Origin: Octopus vulgaris
Lineage: Eukaryota
Direction: 5' to 3'
Assembly: GCA_951406725.2 (NCBI GenBank)
Contig: OX597817.1
Location: 120,404,001-120,468,000 of the forward strand
Length of the DNA: 64,000 bases
Of the stretch, positions 24,961-36,576 are shown in pieces. A model generated the notes under the pieces. That model saw only the letters and a program-made list of their open reading frames with translations, was not told the DNA's origin and did not search any database. Each line of letters begins with the position of its first letter. Positions within the stretch are counted from its first letter, which is position 1. The translations under genes and the position numbers were made by a program.

Positions 24961-25064
24961 CAACTTGATCATAGCTGATCATTTGGAGTTAAACAATAAC
25001 CTTTAGAATCACAAATTTTTCTCATTTCTTACTAATCTCAGAAATCCTTAAAAGACATTGCAGT

Positions 25065-25075
25065 TGCTGCTGCTG

Positions 25076-25112
<37 letters not shown>

Positions 25113-25130
25113 AACTACTACTACTACTAC

Positions 25131-25162
<32 letters not shown>

Positions 25163-25176
25163 CTTCTTCTTCTTCA
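25065..25176. repeat. Compound (GCT)(ACT)n(TCT)n microsatellite
   Basis: Direct reading. Confidence 0.97.
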
Positions 25177-25179
25177 GAC

Positions 25180-25790
25180 TAAAAGGTATGCTTTAGTAGT
25201 TATTGGTTCAATATGACTTCCATGCTGCTTATTCTAATTTCAAGATCTATGTACCTTGCTAGCTTCTCATTTTAGTTCTAGGGCAATTCTTTGGTAAGAA
25301 AGGCTAAAGATGATTACCAGGGTACTGACACTTTTGTTTGTGTTCTTGATAATTATATCTGGATTGTTCATCTTGGTTTACTCGTCTGTCTGAATATGTG
25401 TATCAGAATTCTTGTAGCCAAAGCATTGCCACGTACCATGCTTAACATATGCTTATACTGCTTCATAATTTTCATATCAAAGTGTCAGTATATTGCCCAG
25501 TAGACTTGATTATGTCTCTGGATATACTCTAATTATTCTTGCAAAGATCAAGCAGAAACAGTATGTTTGAGTGTTTCAAATAGTATTTGAAACACTCAAA
25601 CAATTGTGTAGTCTTCTTTTGATGTTAGCCTTTCATTTTATGAATTCTTCTTAAATTTTTCTCTGGTATGGTAGTTCTAATGATGAAGGCCCATTGCAGC
25701 TAAATTTGGATCTCCCATTTCTGCTTTTAATTCATAGGTTTAGGGGCATACTTCATCTCTATTGAGTTTTGCACGGAACTATAATCTAAC
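25180..25790 (-). pseudogene. Decayed RLE-type LINE (R4/Dong-like), C-terminal endonuclease region
   Basis: Minus-strand fragments PDIIIKN, VSVP and EKLARYIDLEIRISSM match the R4-clade PDI...D(V)SVP...EKLSKYKDLEIEISRMW motif. Confidence 0.65.
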
Positions 25791-27319
25791 GTGTTCTAAC
25801 CATGAGTGATCCCTCTTTTGCTTTGGTACTTTGTTTTTAAGGAAGTTAAGGTGTGATTTGAGAGGAATTTGGTTGCAATTTCTAGCAGGTCAAACTCAGT
25901 AAGCTATAATACGTATAATAGGAGTACAAGTTAGATGAGACAGCATTGATACACACATACAAAATATGTAAACATGAATTGCTAGAATTCATAAGTATTA
26001 CAATAAAAAATTATATAAATGCTAAAAAAAAAAGCAAAAAAGTATATATTTAATAATTGAAGTTCTATTTACGAAAATATGTTTACTAAACAAAATTATG
26101 GTTTAAATTTGAGAGAGTTTTGTGCAGGTATTTAGTCTGCCCCCAGCAATTTTATTACTCTTAGAATTTCTGTGGTAAAACTGACTTTTGTTAAAATGTG
26201 CAGTAAATAAGAAAGAAAAAAAAACAGAAAATATAAAAGAAAAGGAGACAGAGACTGAGAGTATATAGAGATATGAGGAAAAGAAAGAGAATGATAAAGC
26301 TTAGAGTTACTGCGTTACAGAGAAAAGTGTGTGTGTGTGGGGGGGGGGTATTTTAAATGAGACAAAGTTAGTGATATACAGTCTAAAGAGATAGAAAGCG
26401 AAGGTGGTGGTGAGCAAAGAGGGAGAAAAATGGAATGAAATTGAGAGGGAGTAAAAAAAAGATAGCAAATAGAAATTAGATAATATCAATGGAGTAGAGA
26501 AAGAGTGAGAGAAAAATGTCTGATTAAACTTTGAGATGAAGTGTGAGAGAATGTCTAATGAAATCCAAAGAGAGAAAATGAAAGTGAACTTAGGTTGTCT
26601 GTCTGAGAAAGTATCAGATAGAATCAGTTAAAGTGAGAGGAGACAGAAGTAGAAATGATAGTATAAAAGTCAGTAACAGAGAGAGAGACAGACAGATAGA
26701 CAGGGAAACAGACAAACACCATTGATAGAAAGACTGTTAGTCAAATAAAGCTCAGGTGCTTAAGAGATTACATTCAACTGTAGTATAACTAACATGATAT
26801 TTATTGAAGAAAATAGAAAGCATTTAACTAAAAACAGACAAGTAAATTTAATAGAGTAAATAGAATAAAATAAATACATAACAGAAAATTGAATGAATTC
26901 TGTATTTTTTTTTTTTAATATTTTTTCTAATTCAAATATGATATTAAAAATGATTTGAATTGGTCTTGCGAAGTAATTGATGCAACTTTAGGAAAGGAAA
27001 GCAAGATATACATTTGTAAATTCTTATTGTATAGGTCACTACATATATTTATTTCTTTTTCTTTTTCTTTTTTTGAAATTTTGTCATATTTTTAATCTTG
27101 TTTCTAGTTTTTTATTTCTATTTTTCTTATTAGTATATCTTTTTTTAATGCAAATTGTTCATTCCTTCTCATTCTACAAAAGATATCTGCCAATAATAAT
27201 GCATAATAATATTTACATATTTATGGTAGGTACAAGAATATAAATGAACTACCTTATTTCTTCCCTATTGTATTAAAAAATTTTTTTAAATTTTATCTTT
27301 ACACCTGTCAGAAAAGTTT

Positions 27320-27377
27320 ATCATCATCATCATCATTGCCATCATCATCATCATCATAATCATCGTCATCATCGTCG

Positions 27378-27452
<75 letters not shown>
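27320..27452. repeat. (CAT)n microsatellite
   Basis: Direct reading. Confidence 0.98.
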
Positions 27453-28279
27453 CTTACTGTAAATAGACGTCTGTAATAGTCCTTCTGAAAAACTGGATTT
27501 TGTCACTGCTAATTAAAGGAAATTTGTTGTTGGAGTGGGTATTTTGGGGCGTCTTACTAAAAAAGCATTTCGAAATATCTAAATGTTCATACTAATACCC
27601 TTGATGGAAATCAAGGTTGTTTCTTTACCCATTTTTGTTTTGTAAACATATTTTTGCAAATAACTATTTGGTTTTATTTATTGGTGGCTGAATATACCAA
27701 CCCAAGGAGCAAGAAGAGAAAGAGGAGACAGTAGTCACAATGATGTTAGTAGCAAATACACCTCATGAAATTGTTGAAAACACTAAAACAAATTTAAGAA
27801 AATAAAGATATACAGAAAAAATAACAGACAGTTATAAACACAGACAGCTGCAATTTAGCAAAGAAAAAAGTAATGAAAATGCAAACTTAAATTATAACAA
27901 GAGTAACTCATCATTCGCTAGTGCTACAAGTCAAAAAAGAAATAGATACTAGACATCAATCAATTCCAAGCAAAGGAATAAGTCTAGGAGAGGTATGTCA
28001 CAAAAAAAATGTCTACTTCTATGAGAAATTTGTCCAAAATAAGATGAGAAGGTGAATAACCCAACGCTGTTTTTCCAAATACTGAATGGGGTTTCTATAT
28101 ACTTTGAAAACAGGAGTTGGAGGAAGCCCTTATTGATGTGTGGTAAGATATGTGTAGCCTCAACAGAGGCAGGGCATATGGAAACATATGTTCGGTGCTT
28201 AAGATCAAGAATGAAATAAGAAGACAAACTGATAGTCCATCATATATATATATATATATATCTATGATGGACTATCCCA

Positions 28280-28500
28280 TTGGAGACGATGCATGAGTAT
28301 TCAGCTTACCAAACACCCTGTGCAAATGATTTGTTTATAGTGATCAAATGTATGTGCTGTACATTTGCTCACTCCCTCCATCATATCACTGTTGCCTGAA
28401 CAGGTGGATGGTGTACCACGTGTCAGGTGTCAAAGTGATCATAGAGCAACTTTAGATGAAATGTTTTGCTCAAGAACACAGAGCACCACCCAGTCTTGAC
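28280..28500 (-). mobile_element. Degraded Meta-like SINE body
   Basis: Reverse complement GTGTTCTTGAGCAAAACATTTCATCT resembles the GTCCTTGA(A/G)CAA(A/G)ACACTTTA core at ~56160. Confidence 0.5.
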
Positions 28501-28509
28501 TCAGGGCAG

Positions 28510-28661
28510 CACTATCTCCTCCAGGTACTTGATGTAGGTCTCTGTGTTGACATTGCCCAACTGACCCTACTATACTGTGTAGTCGACAAAATCAAAAACA
28601 AACAATGCACATGCATGAAATTAAAAATATAAAATGACAAAAATTTACCCATTGCACCCTC

Positions 28662-28662
<1 letters not shown>
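28510..28662 (-). mobile_element. Internally deleted Tc1/mariner element (terminus plus transposase scrap)
   Basis: Minus strand begins AGGGTGCAATGGGTAAATT (TIR-like); transposase-like VNTETYIKYLEE on the minus strand at ~28551-28516. Confidence 0.55.
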
Positions 28663-28695
<33 letters not shown>

Positions 28696-28959
28696 CGCAC
28701 ACACACACTCATATATGTATGCATATCGTCATAAGTTTTATAACCTGTTAGTAGGACAAGTTTTGTGCAGTATGTATGGCCCCATCAAGAAAGTATTATT
28801 ATTATGATTATATTTATTATCATTTAAATTGCCTCACTGAGAAAATTATGTCTCAATGTCACCCTGCATGTGTATTTCTGTGTGTGAACTATATGTATGT
28901 ATATATGTAAGTATGCCTGTATGTATGTAGGTATATACTTATATTTATACACACACACA

Positions 28960-28995
<36 letters not shown>

Positions 28996-30349
28996 AACAC
29001 ATACACACACATTATCTATGCAAATTATGAAACAGCTGATTATTTTTTAATTCTTTTCTTTGCAAATCATTTTCACATGTATATTTCTAGGGATGGCGGC
29101 TCATATTAAAGATGAATGGTATTTTGGGGAGACAGTAATAGGTTTATACCACAACAAAGTTTTTAAAAATGACAGACAGTTTAATTATAACTGTCAGGAT
29201 GCAGTCATCTAGAGAAAATATTCTTTGAATCTATATATATCATTAAGCATTAAAATAGATAGTTTTTATTTCACATAAAGTAAAATAAATTCCCTGACTA
29301 AGATATTGCATTCTGTGTTTCATTCTTGCTTTGTCTTTTTATACATACACACATGCATACACACGCACACACATACATACACACATGCACACACACCACA
29401 CACAAGCTCTTACAAAACGCCCTCATACATATGTAAATATATGTTATGCATATGCATATATATGTGTGTGTGTGTATGTGAATATATATATATATGTGTG
29501 TGTGTATATACATATATATATATCTATATTTATATATATATTTGTATGTGTGTATGTACAGACATACACATATATCTTTATGTATATATATATGTATGTA
29601 TAATTCAACGATATAAAAAGAAAAGAAATGATGGACAGTTAAAACCATATTGCTGGAAAATAAAATTTAAAAAAATAACGGTAGTTATTTATAGTTTTCA
29701 TTAAATAAATGAAAAGAATGAAAAAAGCAACAAAAAAGAAAACTGAAGACGTTTTTTTTCCTTCATCTTTAATTTTTTAATTTTTCAAACACTCAGTAGA
29801 TTTGCTCCTAAATCAAAACTAACGAAACATTCGATTAATTTCTATTAATTTATTATGTGTCCTGTTGTTCAGTGCAATATAATAGAAAAGTCTGTCTCTG
29901 AAGAGCATCTGCTCACCTCCTTATAAAAATTTTTCCCCCATCTCTAAGAGAAACCATATACAACACACAGTGAAGCCGATGTTTTAAAAGTTATATTGGT
30001 ACTATAGAGGATTAGCTAGCACTTTCCTCATTATAATTACATCTATCTCTCTTGACATTGAAGTTGTTACTGTAATTGGAAATGACTGAAATAAAAATAA
30101 AATAAAAATAAAAATTTAAAAAATATTTTTATTGAAGTGGAAATCAAAAGTTAATGTCTCATTCTTTTACCGTTTTATTTAAATTCTTGTTTCTTAGAAA
30201 AGGATGGATGGGTATGGCTGAATATTATTTATTAAAAAAAAAATTATTATAATTATAATAATAATAGTAATGTCACTACCACCAAAACCACCACCAGTGA
30301 GTGTTATAATCAACATCACATCCATCATCAGCACCACCAGCACCACCAT

Positions 30350-30507
30350 CACTCATCATTGTCATCATCATCATCATCGTCGTCGTCATCATCGTTATCA
30401 CCGTCATCATTTTCATCATCGTCGTCGTCATCATCATCATCATCATCATCATCATCGTCGTCGTCGTCGTCGTCGTCGTCGTCATCATCATCATCATCAT
30501 CATCATC

Positions 30508-30540
<33 letters not shown>
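30350..30540. repeat. Compound (CAT)/(CGT)/(CAA)n microsatellite
   Basis: Direct reading; source of the poly-H/R/Q/S ORFs. Confidence 0.97.
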
Positions 30541-30545
<5 letters not shown>

Positions 30546-30912
30546 TGTAAAATTGCTAGATGGAACTGGAATTATTAGCAAAATGCTAAGAGAAATATCT
30601 CCTGCTTGGCAGGTAAGCACTTGATAAAAGGTTATTCATGACAAAAAATATTGGAGGTAGAAATCAAGAATATGAAAGGCGTTTACAAGAGGACGAAACT
30701 TCACATGACATATTATATACTGATGATGAAAGAATGCAAATGCAAGGTAAGTTCTGCATGAAGAAGAAAACAACTTAATGTGCAGAAATTTGGAAATTCG
30801 GAAATGGAGAAATCCAAAGGAATGGAGAAAGAATGAGAATCACGGGTACATGGAAGGATATTTGGAAGAATCTAAAAAAGAGATTGCAGAAACTATTCTG
30901 TGGAATTTTTGC

Positions 30913-31197
30913 TTAAACCTTTTAACATCACCCTAACCCAAACCACGCTAGGGCTATGATAAAAATTTTCTGTTTTAAAGAGATACAAATTAAAACTTTC
31001 CAGCAAAATTAAACCATTTAATATCACCTTACTCCATACTACCCTGGGGCTGTGATAAAAAATTTCTATTCTAAAGAGATACAAATTAAATCCTTCCATC
31101 AAAACTCCATGTTAATTTATGTTCCAAACACCAATTTAATAACAACAAATTTATTTGAATAAATACCTCTTTATTTTAAAAATTAATTGAAATAAAT
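30913..31197. mobile_element. TTAA-type MITE fragment with an internal ~97-bp tandem duplication
   Basis: TTAAACC.TTTAA.ATCACC...TTAAAGAGATACAAATTAAA occurs twice; CCATCAAAACTCCATGTTAATTTATGTTCCAAACACC is shared (reverse complement) with 34610-34660 and 49360-49400. Confidence 0.55.
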
Positions 31198-31931
<734 letters not shown>

Positions 31932-32071
31932 TATATTTCAAGACAAAAAGATGCAGTAATAATGCTCAAAAGTTTTTCATCTTTATGTCATGAATATTAT
32001 AAAGGATTAAGTGCATAACTAAGGTTCCAGGATAACCAGTTCCAGTAATAAAGGATTGAAATAACGTAGTT

Positions 32072-32550
32072 AAAGAATTTGGGAGGGAAGCAAATGTCAT
32101 GGAAAATGTGACACATATGCAGGAAAAGCCCTTCTAGTATATGCAATATGAATGTAAAATATTTCTTGTGAATTATGTTATATGACATAACAATACATGG
32201 ATTGCCTTAACAGTAGCTTGGGAAATATGAGGAACAAAATTGATAAAGAATTTTCAGAGGGAAACAAATGATATCATATTTGTGATATGTATGCAAGAAG
32301 AGACTCTTTATAATATGCTAATATGAATGTAAAATATTTGCTGTGAATAATTATGTTCAAACTATAACAATGTATGGATCCTCTTAGCAGTAACTTGGGA
32401 AATGAGTGGAACAAGAGTGACAAAGAATATGGGAGGGAAATAAATGACACGAAATATGTGGTACTCTTTCTTTACATGCTACACAGATGTAAAATATTTG
32501 TTGTGAATGATTGTGTTAAAGGGCATAACAATGCATGATACATCTTGGTA
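32072..32550 (+). repeat. Diverged tandem array, 3 units of ~175 bp
   Basis: AAAGAAT..(G)GAGGGAA..AAATG...ATGTAAAATATTT..TGTGAAT...ATAACAATG/A at ~32072, 32245 and 32422. Confidence 0.85.
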
Positions 32551-33208
32551 GTTGGTTAGGTTGGAAAAGTATCAGGGTGGTATAAAAGAAAAGAAAAAAA
32601 AAAGAAAAAAAGCATGTAAAATAAGGGACAACACTAGAGAATAAGGGATAACAGCGTTGGGATTTGCAGTAACATATGTATAAGTCCACCCTGACCAGAA
32701 GACAATATCAATTCTAAAGAACATTCAATATTAAATTCTACTACTACTACTACCAACACCACTACCACCACCACCACCACTGCTACTACTACTACTACAA
32801 CCAACACCACCACCACCACCGCTGCTGTTGCTGCTACTACTACTACTACTACTAATAATAATAATAATAGCTATTATTCATTTATTTATTGTCAGGTTTG
32901 GTATGGTTTCTGTGGCTGGATGTCCTTCCTAATATTTTACAATGTTTTTGAATATGTAACAGAAGTTAAATGTCACAAATATGAACAATTTCAAAGAGAT
33001 TTAATTTCTTTTGTTATTTTCTTTCTTTTTGTTTTGTTTTGTTTAGAAACAAATCTAGATTGAACTCAAAGTAATTTAAAGTGAATGTGACATGATTTTC
33101 ATATTTACCCCACCCCACCAACACCATAATTTCTCCTATCTAACTTTAGCAATTTTCTAATATAAAATATATACCAAGTAACCTGGTTAACCAAGCCTAA
33201 GGGATTGC

Positions 33209-33780
33209 AAGCTATGGCTTTGAATCTGCCCAGGGTTATCTCTCTTTAGTATTTCCCATTGGGGAAAGCTAAAGAGCTAGAAACACGCATCTGAGAATCC
33301 ACTAGAGAGAAGCAATGAGTAGATGTGATGTTGTTTCTGCAATTTTTATTGTAAGAGACAATTTTTTTTCCCCATAGCAACTGTTGTAAATTTGCCTTTA
33401 GAAATTAAAATACATTACCAACATATTTTAACTAACCTAACGTTCGTTTATTCCTAATCACAGCTTCGCACTGATGCTACTATTTTTATTCTGACCAGGC
33501 AGTCCACGAGCACAATTCAGTCACTAATGTTGACTTATTTTTAGTTAAAGCTATGACTTTGAATCTGATCAGGGTTATCTCTCATTGGTATTTCCTACTG
33601 AGGAAGACTAAAGAGCCAGAAACTCATGTCTTGGAATCTACTAGAGGGAAGCACTGTGTAGATATGAAGTTTTTACACCTTTGACAACAAGTAAGAAAAT
33701 TTTTTTCGCTATGGTAACTAGTGATTTTGCCTTTACAAGTCAAAATATATCACAAACATTTTAACAAGCCTAAAGTTTGA
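33209..33780 (+). repeat. Diverged direct duplication, ~339-bp period
   Basis: AAGCTATG.CTTTGAATCTG..CAGGGTTATCTCTC...CTAAAGAGC.AGAAAC...ACTAGAG.GAAGCA at 33209 and 33548. Confidence 0.85.
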
Positions 33781-34140
33781 TTATATATTTAAATTTGTTA
33801 TGATTTATTTTCACTTGAATCCTAAGTTTACTTTTTTCTATGGCTCAAGCATCTTCATACATTAAAAAAACAACCTTTTTTATTTTTCATTTGTCATTTA
33901 TTTATTTTTGTATGACAAAAATAATTATCAAATTTGCGTAGAAACTGAAAACTATCGCAGCATTACTTTCCTGCAGGTTAATAATAAAACTTAAATTCAA
34001 TACTTCAAAATAATAAAACACTAGTTAGTTATACAATACTCCAGCTGCTTACATAGTGATCATTTACAATTAGATAAACTTATTTTTTTTTTGCTTTAAG
34101 ATTTGTAGTTTACTTGGTTGCAAACTAAAACTTGTATCAT

Positions 34141-34345
34141 GGGGGTGTAAACACATCAACACCAGTTGTCGAGCGGTGAGGGGGGGAAAAACAAAGACGA
34201 AAAGATGCACATACATAGATATATACATATATATATATAGAATTTTTTGCGCAATGAGATAAAAAACTAAAGCTGTGTAGATATTGGAACATTTATAGAT
34301 AGAAGATCTTACAGCTGTTTCCAGGATATTTATTAATTATATCCC

Positions 34346-34397
<52 letters not shown>

Positions 34398-34580
34398 TAC
34401 ACAAACACACACACACATACAATGGGCTTCTTTCAGTTACTGTCTACTAAATCTACTCGCAAGGCTTTGGTCTGCCCAAGACCATAACAGAAGACACTTG
34501 GCAAGGTGCCATGCAGTGAGACTGAACCCAGAACCATGTGGTTAGGAAGCAAACTTCTTATCATGCAGCCAAGGTTGCGG
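34141..34580 (-). mobile_element. SINE family A with a Penelope-like fragment (34240-34350) in its microsatellite
   Basis: SINE head at ~34420-34575 and partial 3' body at ~34141-34200; insert reads ATGAAGGGATAT...ATATCCTGGAAACAGCTGTAAGATC on the minus strand. Confidence 0.8.
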
Positions 34581-35359
34581 CTGAATTTTTTAAAAGTAAC
34601 TTTGTCATTATTAAACTGGAGTTTGGAATATAAATTTATATGAAATTCTGATAGAAGGTTTTAATATTGTTCATATTAAACAGGAAATTTGAATCATAAA
34701 GCAATTGGCGATCTCATGCAAGTTGGTGTCAAAAGAGTTAAGATAACTTGTTTCATTTCTAAGTAACTTAGGCTAAGCAAGCAAACTTATAATCAAATGT
34801 ATTTCAACCATAACGATCCCACTTTTTCAAGCTACCTTGAACTACAATTAATGAATGTGGTCTTACTTGTTTAAGACAGTAGGTGTTTGGTTTATGAAAG
34901 ATTTAGCAGCTATTCACACAGTTCGAATGATCATATAGAGACGTCTCCATTAGTTTGCAATTAAGGAAAGTAATAAACTTAGCAGGCATTTTTATGACTT
35001 CATGATGCTCACTCCATGTTTGAGAAGTTTCTCATTTGAATGCAATACTTTATTTCAGGTCTTTTAATTTAAGCCTTTATTAACTGATAAATAATCCTAC
35101 TCATCCGAATTATTTCCTTTTAATGAGTTGTATGATAATTCTTCATAAAACTTTTATGCTACTTTAGTACTTTAGTCATAAATAGGACGTTTTCCTACTC
35201 TGGAAGAAGTGAATGTTGTTGTTTGGTTTGTTTGTTTACAATCTCACTCTCTCTTTCTCACTCTCCATCTCTCTCTCTTTCTCTCACTTCCTCTCTCTCT
35301 CTCTCTCTTCCTATGTGTGTGTGTGTGTGTGTATGTTAGCTGGAAATGCACAAAGCTTT

Positions 35360-36070
35360 GAATGAAATATATATTTGTATAATCACATTTAACATGGTAA
35401 TGTATACTTGGACATGATAAGACCTTTCACTGTGGAAATAATCACAGAAAAAATTCTCCTCATAGACAATATGTGTGAAAACATCATTGAGGTATGAGCA
35501 TCGTTGAATCATAGGATGTCCTTACAGTGCTATGAATGACTGATTCAGTATTCACAGCTAATGAAGCATAATGCTGTAGAAACATGTTCTATGATCTGAT
35601 GACATTATTCATAGCCCAATGATATGCTTTCTCACATATTGTCTATGAGGAGTTTTTACCCTTGAGACTAGTTTCACAGTGAAAGATTTTTCCACATCTG
35701 AGGGTACATGAAAATTAAATATAACTGTACACACATATATTTCATTCAGTGTATCTCTAGTTAATTAATTTTAGCTTGACAAACCTGTGCATGCATTAAC
35801 AAATGTAGTTTTAGCAAATGTAATATTTGATGTTCTTGAATATAAGAACAACTGTTCTTATATGACTGTGGACAACTAATTCAGTTTTCTTAGTTGATGA
35901 AGTGTAATGACACAGAAATGCATGCATCCTATGATATGCTACCGGTCATGGCTCAAGGATGTATTTCACACATTGTCTATGATGAGGAATTTCCTCCTGG
36001 AACTATTTCCACGGCAAAGGTTTTTCCCATATTCAAGTATACATGGATGTGTTATATATTATTATACACG
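35360..36070. repeat. Inverted repeat (arms ~35360-35520 and ~35583-35747) plus a third, direct copy (~35920-36060)
   Basis: CTCCTCATAGACAATATGTGTGAAAACATCATTG versus CAATGATATGCTTTCTCACATATTGTCTATGAGGAG; ends GAATGAAATATAT and ATATATTTCATTC. Confidence 0.8.
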
Positions 36071-36344
36071 TGCACACACACACACACTCACACACACATA
36101 ATATAACAAAAATGTATTCTATCCAGCGAGAGATCAATATCATTTAATATACACATTTCAAGTTGTTGCTTGCATATATGTGGCATGCTATAGAAGCTTG
36201 TTCAACCATCATATTTTCAGAGGCATGAAACTAATAGTTGCGTTTATTAAATGATATGTATGTATATATATATATTATTCAAGCCATTGTAAAATTATCA
36301 ACAAACACATAATATTTGCATGTATATAAATGCTTGCATGGTCA

Positions 36345-36530
36345 TTGTCATTTTAATGTTTTTTCTTTTTCATGTTTGTGTGGGTCAGACAAAATTTGTT
36401 ATACAGATTTCTTCTATAGCCAGGTGCCTTTCTTGTCACCAACATATCAATTGTTTCCAAGGAAAGTAATATTTCCCTTCTTTCAGACATGAACAACACA
36501 ATAGCTGGACATGGTTTCATGAAAGATTGC
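36345..36530 (-). mobile_element. Degraded RTE-like 3' end
   Basis: TTTTAATGTTTTTTCTTTTTCATGTTTGTGTGGG...TAGCCAGGTGCCTTTCTTGTCACCAAC is the reverse complement of the RTE tail motif. Confidence 0.55.
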
Positions 36531-36531
36531 A

Positions 36532-36576
<45 letters not shown>

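Noticed and set aside
27700-28230. Possible decayed LINE or coding region (also 30560-30880)
   Set aside because: Purine-rich and LINE-like in composition, but I could not read a diagnostic motif.
29896-29916. CTGAAGAGCATCTGCTC hairpin as a hammerhead
   Set aside because: No GAAA box or stem III.
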